Source: Octopus bimaculoides (lineage: Eukaryota). From it: a DNA stretch of 35,180 nt. The position numbers and the translations under genes were made by a program. The DNA is taken from positions 48,783,385 through 48,818,564 of the forward strand of contig NC_068991.1 in NCBI RefSeq assembly GCF_001194135.2. The letters run 5' to 3'. This document shows, one piece after another, positions 11,414 through 23,311 of the stretch. Position 1 is the first letter of the stretch. Each line of letters opens with the position of its first letter. The notes under the pieces are model-generated. The model did no database searches and was not told the DNA's origin. It saw only the letters and a program-made list of their open reading frames with translations.

Positions 11414-12639
11414 NNNNNNNNNNNNNNNNNNNNNNNNNNNNNNNNNNNNNNNNNNNNNNNNNNNNNNNNNNNNNNNNNNNNNNNNNNNNNNNNNNNNNNN
11501 NNNNNNNNNNNNNNNNNNNNNNNNNNNNNNNNNNNNNNNNNNNNNNNNNNNNNNNNNNNNNNNNNNNNNNNNNNNNNNNNNNNNNNNNNNNNNNNNNNNN
11601 NNNNNNNNNNNNNNNNNNNNNNNNNNNNNNNNNNNNNNNNNNNNNNNNNNNNNNNNNNNNNNNNNNNNNNNNNNNNNNNNNNNNNNNNNNNNNNNNNNNN
11701 NNNNNNNNNNNNNNNNNNNNNNNNNNNNNNNNNNNNNNNNNNNNNNNNNNNNNNNNNNNNNNNNNNNNNNNNNNNNNNNNNNNNNNNNNNNNNNNNNNNN
11801 NNNNNNNNNNNNNNNNNNNNNNNNNNNNNNNNNNNNNNNNNNNNNNNNNNNNNNNNNNNNNNNNNNNNNNNNNNNNNNNNNNNNNNNNNNNNNNNNNNNN
11901 NNNNNNNNNNNNNNNNNNNNNNNNNNNNNNNNNNNNNNNNNNNNNNNNNNNNNNNNNNNNNNNNNNNNNNNNNNNNNNNNNNNNNNNNNNNNNNNNNNNN
12001 NNNNNNNNNNNNNNNNNNNNNNNNNNNNNNNNNNNNNNNNNNNNNNNNNNNNNNNNNNNNNNNNNNNNNNNNNNNNNNNNNNNNNNNNNNNNNNNNNNNN
12101 NNNNNNNNNNNNNNNNNNNNNNNNNNNNNNNNNNNNNNNNNNNNNNNNNNNNNNNNNNNNNNNNNNNNNNNNNNNNNNNNNNNNNNNNNNNNNNNNNNNN
12201 NNNNNNTATATATATATTCAGATATGTACACATAGATATTGCTTCGAGCAAACAGTGGGTGCAAGATTGTACGTAAGTGCATACTTCATATTTAGAATTA
12301 GTAACTCGAGGCGAGAGTTTCATACATTGTGTCTATGAATGATCCAAACTCTCGATTAAGTCTTGGGCGGGCGGATCAGATTTTGGAAGAACGAAACATT
12401 ATCAGATCCCTAGATGTATCTCAAAGGGTTCGTGAGATGCTTTTTTGAACTATATGCACGTGTGTGCGTGTTTATGTATGTATGTATGTATGTATGTGTG
12501 TATGTATGTATGTATGCATGTATGTGTGTGTGTGTGTATGCGAATATGTATGCATGTATATGTGTATGTATCTACATATATTTAACTTATTCGGTACCTT
12601 AGTATCAGACTGTTAAAACAAAATTGGCTCTTTGCAAAT

Positions 12640-13278
12640 CGTTTGAACGCACACCCAAATAATAATTTTATGGCGAGCTTGTAGAGGGGAAACGCAATCG
12701 GTGTAAACCTAAAAAGAAGTTTAAGGGTGGCATAATGACTACCATCAAGTCACTTGGAATGGATCCAAAAGCCATAGAAACCTTTGCTTCGGATCTAGCT
12801 GGATTGCGAACAAAAATGTAGAGAGGAGTGAAGGCGTTTCAGGAGGCCAGGATAATACATGCAACACATAAGAGTGATTTAAAGAAGAATGTTGCGAACG
12901 AGAATGCGAATTTTAGCGAGCTTTTTATGTGCAGAGTTTGTGACATACCATGCCTTTCTTTTGCTGGCTTCAAATCTCATTTGTGAACCCATGAAAATCG
13001 AACATCCACCAACTATTCTGTCTATATATCTGTGCACACCTCTCATTGCCGCGTATACCATAAGGTCTGCAACACTAACGGAGGCATCAAAAGACATTTT
13101 AAGATACACAAAGGTTAGAACTTAACTGCAGCTGTTGGTGTACCAAATCGAATATGAAATCTATGTGGGTATCTGTTCAATAATTTGTCCGGGTTAAAAA
13201 GTCACATCAGACGCCATGATGAATCTAAGATGTAGGTACAAGAAATGGTCAAACTCTTCATAAAGGGTAGACAACCAC

Positions 13279-13300
<22 letters not shown>
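12640..13300 (+). mobile_element. RTE-clade LINE 3' fragment ending in three C2H2 zinc fingers, with a (TATG)n tail
   Basis: One frame, 12648-13235 (196 codons, scattered stops, no frameshift): RTPK**FYGELVEGKRNRCKPKKKFK..., the typical RTE post-RT region. It is followed by CRVCDIPCLSFAGFKSHL*TH, CRVYHKVCNTNGGIKRHFKIH and *NLCGYLFNNLSGLKSHIRRH, then a short 3' UTR and a (TATG)n tail. Confidence 0.85.
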
Positions 13301-13312
<12 letters not shown>

Positions 13313-13439
13313 TGTATCAATCTATCTATCTATATACATACATATATATATACTTTAGCGACTGATTACTTGATTTTCGTTCCTTTTTATATTTAACCCA
13401 TTAAAACTAAAGAATCCTAGACAAGGCTTGGCGCAAAAG

Positions 13440-14400
13440 AAATTTAACTGAAAGTGATAGTTGAGTAATGAAATGGTAGTTAAAGAGCAAAGACAGTTTA
13501 GACGGGACTTTCAAACATATCCGTCTACGTGACTTCCCATTACTCGAATTGGAGTTTCGATTAGACGGAACTATTGAGAATGTCCACATGAAACATTCCG
13601 GAAATCTGCAGAAATCGACGAACCGCACAAAGCAACAAAGGATAACAGAAATGTAGCGTAAGAGTTTCAGAAAATCTGTGCGGCAAACGAACCGTAGAAT
13701 AGGAATTACAAAATCAAGCATCCATCGCATTTCGAAGCGCAGTCACTGGAATAGCCCACCAATTTACGAGTATAGCTCTGCGATTGGTATGTAGGGAGGT
13801 GTGCAGAAGATGCATTCTTTCTAATAATGGTCGTTTACAATGATGTGTCTACATTAAAATTAAATGACTTAATTAACTGCTGCAGTTGTAACTACTGGAG
13901 ACTTGAGAATCCGCATATTGCAGAACAGCATGTTATTTTACCAGGAGTTAAAGTAAGGTGTGGACTATCATCAAATATATTAACTGGGCCATTTTTTGGC
14001 TGTTTTATTTACTTGAAATTATTGCGGTAATTCTACATGAGTATTTTGCAGACGCAGAGTTATATTTCCTGCAAGATGGGAAACCCGCTCACTACCTTAC
14101 TAATCTAAGGACCTAACAAGATGAGAATCATCTGGACTGAAACAAGAAGTTGAGCAGAACATTTTCCGTGTCCACTGTATATCAAGTCATTTGGTTTTCT
14201 TGTATGGGGATACTTAAAAGATAAATTTTACGGTGCAAATTGGCAACACTCGTCGAATTTCAGTCAAGCACGCAACAAGAATGCGTGCAAACACCAAACG
14301 AAATGTTTCTTTATGTTTGCGAAACATTACTTCGCTTTATCAGCAGTTGTTTCTGGATCAGGAAGATCATCAGTTTAAAAACAGCATTCATAAAAAATTC
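13440..14400 (+). mobile_element. Tc1/mariner-superfamily transposase relic
   Basis: Fragments read QRQFRRDFQT, KSVRQ...GITKSSIHRI, VYNDVSTLKLND...YWRLENPH..EQHVILPGVKVRCGLSS..LTGPFF, FLQDGKPAHY (QDG 14072-14080) and GFLVWGYLKDKFY. The third catalytic Asp region is eroded and no TIRs are recognisable. Confidence 0.85.
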
Positions 14401-14436
14401 AATTTTGCCTAATAAATTTGAATACGCACACACTCA

Positions 14437-14471
<35 letters not shown>

Positions 14472-16386
14472 NNNNNNNNNNNNNNNNNNNNNNNNNNNNN
14501 NNNNNNNNNNNNNNNNNNNNNNNNNNNNNNNNNNNNNNNNNNNNNNNNNNNNNNNNNNNNNNNNNNNNNNNNNNNNNNNNNNNNNNNNNNNNNNNNNNNN
14601 NNNNNNNNNNNNNNNNNNNNNNNNNNNNNNNNNNNNNNNNNNNNNNNNNNNNNNNNNNNNNNNNNNNNNNNNNNNNNNNNNNNNNNNNNNNNNNNNNNNN
14701 NNNNNNNNNNNNNNNNNNNNNNNNNNNNNNNNNNNNNNNNNNNNNNNAGAGAGAGAGAGGAGAGAGAGAGAGGAGAGAGAGAGAGATGCATTGATATACA
14801 GACATATAAATACATGTATATGAATATATGAATATATGCCTATGTATTTATATCATGTATTGTTGCTTAGTATTAGTCTCACAAAATTCACACACAAATC
14901 ATTGGTTGAAATGAGACTATGATTAAAGACGTCCCTAGTATCATGCATGGGATGGAACAAGTGCGTGTGTACTGATCATTATTCAATTTCATTTTAGAAT
15001 AATTGAAGCGTGCTTTGAAAGTTTAGGAGTGTATTGAACTTACTTTGTCATGTCATTTAGTCCACCTTGTACTTTCTAATTTTATTTTAGAAATTTACAT
15101 GATATGGAGCTGATAAGTTATCGACGATTCCATGAAAATGTCAACGCTATAAGAGATTCGCTGACTCCTGCTCAAAGTTGAAATTTGATACTAAGAATTT
15201 AAGCAAAGCAATTTGCAAGGTTTAATTTACGTTGAACTTTGAAAAGTCTTTTGAAATCGTGTATTGTGTTTCCACGAGGAATTATTGACCAGCATTGTTA
15301 GGCAACAAGTATTTAACAATACTGAACTTATTGAACCAGTCATTAATTTCTCTATATTTAACTTAACACTCAAATTTGCTTCCAATAAACTTTTAATTGT
15401 GTAGAATCAATAAAAAAGTTTTGGGAACCAAATTGTAGTCCAATTAAAAATACTAATTCTTAATTCAACATTTTCATTCATTTAAAAACATTTGTTAGCT
15501 AATATTGTTTAATTTTACTCAACATATACAAAAGAAATATAAAAATTACAAATTATAGAGAAATAAAAATCATTTAGTCATTTATCCAAACGTTCTAAGG
15601 TGTGAGTATCAGACACACCTCTAACCAAATTTCTTTGCCGATTTTGAAGAATTTAGCTCGCAGAAAATATGTTGATCAAATAACTACAGTAGCACTATTA
15701 AGAATTTTCACTTCTTAAAAAAAACAATTATCCTTTTCGGGGTTGATTCTCATTAAACAAAACGGTAATAAAATAACTAGATCCAAATAAAAATACAAAT
15801 AAATGATTTAAAATTAGTGCCTCAGGTAACAATTCGCATCTAATCATTAATACCGTTTAATGTAATTATATACATTTTTTCTTATCATGAACAGTTACAG
15901 ACAAATGTACAATGTCAGGCACTCGCATAGTTTTTTGCATGTTCAAAAAAAAAAAAATTAAGAAAAAAGAACGGTCGCAATACAATAAACATACAAATAA
16001 ATATACTTTTCATACAACTGAATATGCAATCAAAATTTAAATGCACTTAGGACACAAATATATGTTATTAAACGCTAACGTGACAACATCGGCCTCTTAT
16101 ATAAAAAAAGTAACTATATGATACACATATGTCACAAAGTAAATAATTATAAACATACATTTACTCTAGCAAACAATGACTGCATATACACAAGCATACC
16201 GCAAGTAAGTTTGATGAGCAAATCCCATATTTTTGCAATGAGGAAGAATGGCGGAAAGACATAGGCATAGATATGTAGGGACACACATAAATACACACAC
16301 ATACACATACATACACATACACATACACATATACATACACAGAAATATATGTATGTATGTGTGTGCGTGTATGTCTGCATGTACGC

Positions 16387-16427
<41 letters not shown>

Positions 16428-16428
<1 letters not shown>

Positions 16429-16530
16429 TCTTTTACTTGTCTCAGTCGTTGTATAGCGGCCATGTTGAGGTACCGCCCTGGAAACTTGTCCCAGATGAGG
16501 ATTGAACTCATGGCTTTCAGACGATCAGAT
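16428..16530 (-). mobile_element. SINE fragments (3' end of the CORE-type family plus a B-box remnant)
   Basis: TTTTACTTGTCTCAGTC...GCGGCCATGTTGAG matches the family 3' end seen at 9124-9180. GAGGATTGAACTC is a reverse-strand B box. Confidence 0.5.
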
Positions 16531-18184
16531 TCTGCAACGTACGTTCTTAATTATGTCGTGGGATTTACTGCGCTGTCGTGGGATTTACTCCACCCTCACC
16601 CACCACTACAACCACTACACACACACTCACACACACATATATATCTGTACACACATGCTCTTCTTATATGGTAGCAATAACAGTGATGCTGGTGTATCTC
16701 TGTCGTACGACGATGATTCATTCGTTCATTCAACTGAATTAACTTCTCCTGAATTAACGTCTCCTGAATTAACGTGTAAGTGCTTGATCAATTCAGACGT
16801 GCATCCTGAATGTAATTCACAGGTTGAATCAATATGGTACGCTGTATGACAAAGTTGTAATATTTTTACATTATGGTTACAATCCACCGGACAAGCAGTT
16901 TCCGTCTCGTTAAATTCACTCACCAGCTATGGATGAAGCTGAGGTTACACAAAATGACATTTACCTAAAAGTTCTTAGCAGATAACGATCAGAGCAAACA
17001 TACATAATACACACACAATCTGAGACATGTTTCTAATCCATATAACTAAATTAGCGACACAACTTTTTTATTGGAAATTTCCTTTAAATATATTAAGGAA
17101 TTATCTGAAGAAAGTAAATATACCCAACGTGATAAAGTAGTAGGTAACTAGGTGAGAGTTGAATGGTTCAAATAATATCATTATACTGATAACTACTAAA
17201 CCACTTCATGATTAAAGTCACTTATAAAGATTTAAAATCTATCAATCAGTAAGCAGTACATAGTATCTATAATATATACCTAAAAAGAGACAAAAACAAA
17301 AACAGTACAACTTATTTCTCCTCAAGCAGAGACGGTTTCTGTCCAGACTTTTCAGAGTTGAATAAAGCTGGAAAGAAACTCTAAAGTAGTAAATATATTA
17401 TATTGGAAAATATAACATTGGAAATTTGATTGACGAGGGCTTGGATACGAAATCACGAATCAACCACCTAGCATGAAAGCTTAGAAGTTCAAACGATAAA
17501 ATACAAAATCTCAGGTATTATGTAGTATATTAAAAACAAAATCTATATACCTGTGCAATATGACGTTATTTCCAATTATCTATGGCTTACGTTGGCCAAA
17601 TATAGGACCAAGAAAGCTATTTATAGCAAGACGTTTACTTTAATAAACGAACTCAAAGAATAATGCATTTTTCCCTTCACATGTCTCACTAAAACGAGTC
17701 ACATTTTCTTTGAATTAAAGATTTTAAACGTAAACTGCATTTGAAGATGTCAAAGCATGCTGCTTATCTATCTGCTTTTTATTAAGAAAGCCTCATATGA
17801 ACTCCAGGGAACTTTTAGTCTGAAATACACATATTCTTCCATATTATTAGACATTCTCGCTATAGAAAATGTATTTTTCTTAATGTTAGCTTTAATCTCT
17901 ATGTCAATACTAATTTAATTTATTTAATAACTGTCCACATACTGTCGGGCATCTTTTCCCACCCATGTCTTTCCTGCGGATGTTAATTTGCAATCATTTG
18001 AGCAGAACTTACAAGCATGACTCCCATCAGTCCGGGTCCTTAGGACCTTTCAACCAAGCGCAGGAAGCAAACAATAGATAAATCGCTAAAATAAAAATAA
18101 ATAAATAAAACGAGTATAGCTAAATAAGAATATAGAATAAATAAAAGAAAATAACTTCTACAAGAAAATTTCGTCAGGTGTGTC

Positions 18185-18250
18185 AGTTTGACACTCGGGA
18201 AGGTGAGAAAGTTATTTACGTTTCGAGCTACGTTCTTTATCAGTAAAGAA
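18185..18250 (-). ncRNA. Degenerate hammerhead-ribozyme-like motif (probable Penelope pseudo-LTR remnant)
   Basis: Minus strand CTGATAA-AGAAC-GTA-GCTC-GAAA-CG...TG-TC has the order CUGANGA / stem II / GAAA / stem III / GUC. It carries a G8A core change and an imperfect stem I. Confidence 0.45.
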
Positions 18251-18614
18251 CATGAGAAGTAATACTCGAATGTCAAATCTCTTTTAAACCGCACCTTAAC
18301 TTCTTGAAATATCCCAATAAGCAAAACAAAAATGCATTAGATTTTGTAGACCGAATACACTTAGAGAAAACAGGTGATCACTATTATATTGCCCTTGAAC
18401 ATAAATGCCTGTCATTTGGGCAGAACTGGAGCTAAGCATTAGCAATAGCAACAACTGCAAATATGATAAATAAAAAGAAAAGAATCGAATGCCAGATGAA
18501 AATTGGAAACCTATTTCAAGTTGCCAATCTAAACAGAAAATATGAGGACGTATGTCCCCACCGGGAATTATTACTATTTTCCCCCTTTCCTAACCATATG
18601 TACAGTCAATATTT

Positions 18615-19085
18615 TCTTCCTTTACTTCGGTCGGGCTTCCACTCAGTCCTCGAGGACGAAGACATTTCGACATGCAACTCGATCCATCATCGCCACCTTC
18701 AGTTCGTGGATAGAATTCAATCCTGTGTCTTCCTTCAGGTTGCCGATAAATGTCAGACGACATACTCCACATATCTCGATACCATGCTATGCATCCCAGA
18801 GCATAAGTTTTGATACTTCTTCTTCCTGGTACCCCGTGCAATGATCTGATATGAATATGTGAAGACGTTGTTCTCTGATCGTCCTGGACACTTTTTGGAA
18901 CGCTTCTACAGAGATGTTCATTAGTCAAGAGTTGCTGACATTTCGCACTCACGTTCATTCGCAGCATCCGTATACAGCAGCAATTTAAATTCTTCTTTGC
19001 TTATGTGACGAGTATCGATGTTTGGTAGCCATACACTACATTTAACAATACACTGTACAAAATATTTCAGGTTTAATATCAAAAC
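18615..19085 (-). mobile_element. RTE-clade LINE 3' fragment (a second, unrelated family)
   Basis: Minus-strand translation with one frameshift: VVYGYQTSIL...NLNCCCIRMLRMNVSAKCQQLLTNEHLCRSVPK/VSRTIREQRLHIFISDHC..YQEEEVSKLMLWDA*HG...TFIGNLKEDTGLNSIHELKVAMMDRVACRNVF. This parallels the RTE consensus LLYGCETW...YTRMLR...LLLW.P.HG...DTGL...M.DR..WR. Confidence 0.85.
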
Positions 19086-19439
19086 AATTTTAATTTCATC
19101 CCCACAAAACGTTTATTTTGTTCCAGACTTAATCTTATAAGATTTAATAATCTCTTGATAATTATATTTTATATTTATGCAATCTAATTGTACAGATCTC
19201 ACCAGATTTCATATATTAAGCCTTGTTATGAATATTTCGCATTTTATTGTTAGGAAGAAAAATAAAGCCTAGTTTGTTTAGTGCAAGCATTTTTTTTTTA
19301 TTTCTTCGCATACTGTATATACTTTGACAAATGATTAACAACCGGCAAGAAGGTACCTGATTTTACGTAAGGGCCTCATTCGATATTATATGAATCACAA
19401 CACCTCATTTGTCAGCGCAGGTAAGAAGTATATCTACCA

Positions 19440-19580
19440 ACTACACGGTTCTGGGTTCGGTGCAACCGCGTGGCACCTTAGGCAAGTGTCTTCTACGATA
19501 GCCTCTGACCGTCCAAAGCCTTCTGAGTGGATTTGGTAGACGGAAACTGAAAGAAGCCCATTGTATATATATATATATAT
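19440..19580 (+). mobile_element. CORE-type SINE, 5' part (remainder in the gap)
   Basis: GGTTCTGGGTTCGG...CCGCGTGGCACCTTAGGCAAGTGTCTTCTACGATAGCC...GGATTTGGTAGACGGAAACTGAAAGAAGCCC; same family as 9124 and 24396. Confidence 0.85.
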
Positions 19581-20204
19581 NNNNNNNNNNNNNNNNNNNN
19601 NNNNNNNNNNNNNNNNNNNNNNNNNNNNNNNNNNNNNNNNNNNNNNNNNNNNNNNNNNNNNNNNNNNNNNNNNNNNNNNNNNNNNNNNNNNNNNNNNNNN
19701 NNNNNNNNNNNNNNNNNNNNNNNNNNNNNNNNNNNNNNNNNNNNNNNNNNNNNNNNNNNNNNNNNNNNNNNNNNNNNNNNNNNNNNNNNNNNNNNNNNNN
19801 NNNNNNNNNNNNNNNNNNNNNNNNNNNNNNNNNNNNNNNNNNNNNNNNNNNNNNNNNNNNNNNNNNNNNNNNNNNNNNNNNNNNNNNNNNNNNNNNNNNN
19901 NNNNNNNNNNNNNNNNNNNNNNNNNNNNNNNNNNNNNNNNNNNNNNNNNNNNNNNNNNNNNNNNNNNNNNNNNNNNNNNNNNNNNNNNNNNNNNNNNNNN
20001 NNNNNNNNNNNNNNNNNNNNNNNNNNNNNNNNNNNNNNNNNNNNNNNNNNNNNNNNNNNNNNNNNNNNNNNNNNNNNNNNNNNNNNNNNNNNNNNNNNNN
20101 NNNNNNNNNNNNNNNNNNNNNNNNNNNNNNNNNNNNNNNNNNNNNNNNNNNNNNNNNNNNNNNNNNNNNNNNNNNNNNNNNNNNNNNATATATATTAATA
20201 TTTA

Positions 20205-20355
20205 GCAGAAGTAACTGAGTTACTCAAGGTTCGAGAGTTGCGTGCGTTGGCACCGTTGGCACTAAGTGCCAACGCACGAAAATCTCGGACCATCAGTCGC
20301 TCTGTTGTGCCAACGCACGAAACTCTCGGACCTTGAGTCACTCTGTCACATCTCT
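20205..20355. mobile_element. Small MITE-like foldback with TA flanks and a duplicated right arm
   Basis: The left arm 20205-20253 is the reverse complement of the right arm 20307-20355. An extra right-arm copy lies at 20266-20306. TA occurs at 20203-20204 and 20356-20357. Confidence 0.7.
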
Positions 20356-21033
20356 TAAATATTCACAAAATATATGTATGCGTGTGTCTGTGTGTGCGTG
20401 CGTAGTGAATAGACAGGAAAGAACGTGGCACTTAACTCATTTGTTAAGAGTCCCATATATTGCATGTATTATTTCTTAACAGTTTGATTCGGTCCTATGC
20501 AACTTAATCCTACTATGCCAGGAGAAAGGGCTTTGGGAACCTCCTACCCCACATGGTCTTATTTTTATGACTATTGAAATGAAGCTTATTTATCTCTGAA
20601 ATTCGGTGACTTTTCCGAAAATTAATTCTCTTAAACAGCAGGAGTTGGTCAGGCGGTGCTACATGCTGATATTTCTTTTGATTTTTCTAAGCATTACCAA
20701 CTTCCCTACAGTTTCATGGCCACAGCCTAAGTGTTTCTTGAAAAATTTGGAACAGTATAAAAGTATTAAATCTTAACACACCTGTACGACAGATGAGGTC
20801 ATCAGAAAATCCTGACGTCTACTAACATTTTGTAATGTAAAAATGTTCACCTCTAAATGGTTTATATACGTGCCATGTTTCATTGTCATAACATTATTGG
20901 TTCAGGAACAAAGTAGGTGGGGTTTAGAGACCTGATCCCCACGCATATAAAGCCCCTAAACTAGCCAAATGTTATAGGACATGAGATATAAAGAACACAT
21001 GAACACATCATAGATGTAATCAATCAATCAGTA

Positions 21034-21069
<36 letters not shown>

Positions 21070-21344
21070 NNNNNNNNNNNNNNNNNNNNNNNNNNNNNNN
21101 NNNNNNNNNNNNNNNNNNNNNNNNNNNNNNNNNNNNNNNNNNNNNNNNNNNNNNNNNNNNNNNNNNNNNNNNNNNNNNNNNNNNNNNNNNNNNNNNNNNN
21201 NNNNNNNNNNNNNNNNNNNNNNNNNNNNNNNNNNNNNNNNNNNNNNNNNNNNNNNNNNNNNNNNNNNNNNNNNNNNNNNNNNNNNNNNNNNNNNNNNNNN
21301 NNNNNNNTATATATATATATATCTATATATATATAGATATATAT

Positions 21345-21527
21345 ATAGCCCAGCGGATAGGGCAGCGGAATCGCGGTCGTAGGATCGCGGTTTCGATTTC
21401 CAGACCGGACGTTGTGAGTGTTTATTGAGCGAAAACAGCTAAGGCTCCACGAGACTCCGGCACACCTTGCTGTACTCATTCACCAGAACTTTCTCTCACT
21501 CTTTCTTCCTGTTTCTGTTGTACCTGC
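21345..21527 (+). mobile_element. tRNA-derived SINE (Arg-like head)
   Basis: TAGCCCAGCGGATAGGGCAGCGGAATCGCGGTCGTAGGATCGCGGTTTCGATTTCCAGACCGG... is homologous to the minus-strand copy at 25066-25228. Confidence 0.8.
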
Positions 21528-21702
21528 AGTGATAGTGAAGTATGTATAATTCTAAAACCATCCTGGCGTTATGAAGAACATTCTTTCAGATTTAATACAA
21601 ATAAATAAATAGAAAATAACATTCGACACTTAAATTTCGTAAAAGTAACCCCTACAAATTTAATACATACAGACGCTATCTATGTATCAAGATAATATAG
21701 AG

Positions 21703-21800
21703 ACGATCTATATACCATACTTTTTGATCTATGTACCATAGATTTGATCTATGTACCATAGATTTGATCTATGTACCATAGATTTGATCTATGTACCATA
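21703..21800. repeat. 20-bp tandem repeat with an internal palindrome
   Basis: GATTTGATCTATGTACCATA x4 (21721-21800, first copy starts TT) plus one degenerate upstream unit. Confidence 0.9.
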
Positions 21801-22321
21801 CTGTTTGACCTGGTAGAAAAAGCAGTTAAATATTCCTAGAATCTGACTGTATTGTTATGAAAAAGAAAACAATAAAGTTTGAGGTGAACAGTATATTGAA
21901 TAATGAAATCTGAGACAAGCAATGATTGAAAACTTCGGATAATTACATCTGGAAACATCATTACTTTTGAAGCTTGCTTGATTAACACAAATCTCGATCT
22001 AAAACATCAACAAAATCTATTTCTTTTGACTAAGTTAATGTACGTAGGTACGTAGGCAGCTGAGATAATAGGGTACCGGAGTAGCCGGTAAGTAATGACG
22101 GCATCAGTGGTTCTACTTCATTTAACGCCCAAATAAATGATAACTACAATAGGCAACATGAAGCTAATTAAACCAAATTTTGAGAGCGGCAGGCAATGGG
22201 GTTATTTTTGTTTTTAATTTAGGTAATATGAAGTATTAAATTTTAATGGGAGGAAGCTTATCGTGAACCATATTATTTTCTCAACGAAGTAATTCGAACC
22301 TACCTGCAGTTGTTTCTTATA

Positions 22322-22322
<1 letters not shown>

Positions 22323-22407
<85 letters not shown>

Positions 22408-22505
22408 CGCGTGCGTGTGTGTATGTGTGTATCTATCTGTCTGACTGTCTATCTATCTGTCTGTGTGCGCGCGTGTGTGTGTGTGTATGTGTGTGTGTGT
22501 GTGTA
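22323..22505. repeat. Long (TG)n compound microsatellite
   Basis: About 40 uninterrupted TG units followed by interrupted TG/TATC units. Confidence 0.95.
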
Positions 22506-23272
22506 GCAGAAGAGCTATTAAAAACACTAGTGGCTGCTGAAAAAAGATCTACATTGCTCTGGCTGAAACTGGGTGATCGGCTGCTTGGATACAGGAATAG
22601 CTTTTTTTTGAGTAAACACGGTCTGCTCGCTTGGGTGAAGATATATGATATAAGGCCCGAAACACACAATGACTCTAGGCCACAACATATATGTATATAT
22701 ATATGTGTGTATGTGTGTGTGCGTGCACGCGTATCTGTGGTTACACATAAACATATATATGTATATAAATATATGTCGATATGTATACACAAAGCTATAG
22801 ATACATAAATCTTTGATTCTTAATAAAAACTAATACCCACTTCTCCAGTTGCATCGACGTGGCACGAACTCTAATACACTGTAAATCAACTACTTACGTA
22901 ACATCAAAGTCATGGGTATGTTGCTATTGTTGTTGTTGTTGTTGTTGGTGGTGGTGGGGGGGGGAATATTGTTCGATACACCTATAGTTTTATTAAAGAT
23001 TATCGAGGTTAATTATGGATTATTGGACAATAACTTCCAAGTGATTTGAAATTAATTTGAAATGGATATATAAACTCATGTTAATGAACAGAAACTTAAA
23101 CGAAAGTATATAATAATATAAATTAAAACTTAAGATATTATGTCTTATTCGAGTATTCAAAATCTGTCTACTTATATCAAATTCTAATTTTCTCATGAAA
23201 GTTCAATAATGATTGATGAATTCCCTTTCGTCAAAATTACGAACTGATATCCGTGTGTGTGTGTATGTGTGT

Positions 23273-23311
<39 letters not shown>

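Noticed and set aside
12930-13235. Stand-alone host C2H2 zinc-finger gene
   Set aside because: The fingers are in frame with RTE LINE sequence, lack TGEKP linkers, contain stops and end in a LINE-type microsatellite tail.
20664-20775. Signal-peptide-like MLIFLLIFLSITNFPTVSWPQP
   Set aside because: The hydrophobicity comes from a T-rich tract and there is no convincing donor site.
21721-21800. CRISPR-like array
   Set aside because: Head-to-tail identical units without spacers, eukaryotic context and no cas genes.
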